Shown: one piece after another, positions 63,788 through 64,000 of the stretch | Layout of the letters: each line of letters opens with the position of its first letter | How positions within the stretch are numbered: the first letter of the stretch is position 1 | Assembly (NCBI GenBank): GCA_951804945.1 | Contig: OX638155.1 | Location: 48,546,001 to 48,610,000 of the forward strand | Length of the DNA stretch: 64,000 nt | Direction: 5' to 3' | Source: Podarcis cretensis | Taxonomy: Eukaryota | Notes under the pieces: model-generated | Told to the model about the DNA's origin: nothing | Databases searched by the model: none | What the model saw: only the letters and a program-made list of their open reading frames with translations | Position numbers and translations under genes: made by a program

Positions 63788-64000
63788 TCGTTCCCTCCCT
63801 TGCCATTTATGTCCATGACTACTAACTCGCCCCGAAGAATTTCTACAATGTGCAAAGTTCAGAGAGCAAACAGGGCCACTAACAGCACAGAGCAAAAGAC
63901 AGCTCTCTCTCACACACCCCAAATTCCCAATCACCTATGAATCTATTTGTTCTCTCCTAGACAGCTCCATTAAGGAGCATGTGGCTTTACTGGGGACGTG

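Overview
Non-coding vertebrate DNA from a squamate reptile, most likely a lacertid lizard. This is inferred from the repeat content: about 12 Sauria SINEs, Squam2- and Squam3-like SINEs, CR1, L1, L2 and Bov-B LINE pieces, Penelope fragments and many hAT and Tc1/mariner MITEs. I find no recognisable host protein-coding exon. The only long ORF (41451-43439) is the RT and C-terminal part of a young, 5'-truncated CR1 LINE. Between the repeats lie TE-free blocks that look like conserved non-coding or enhancer DNA, as in a large intron or gene desert. Most notable observations: (1) a candidate CR1 3' transduction, in which a small hAT MITE with an 8-bp TSD is split by the CR1 plus ~920 bp of extra genomic DNA that ends in a CR1-tail-like motif; (2) an intact minimal hammerhead ribozyme in a TSD-flanked Penelope fragment, plus a decayed second copy; (3) a Tc1/mariner MITE made of an array of GC-rich hairpins; (4) two palindromes outside recognised repeats (23.8-24.1 kb and 47.9 kb); (5) several triple-nested insertions. 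Repeat family names come from recalled consensus motifs, not a database search. There are two assembly gaps. I see no evidence of a CRISPR-like or multi-gene novel system.
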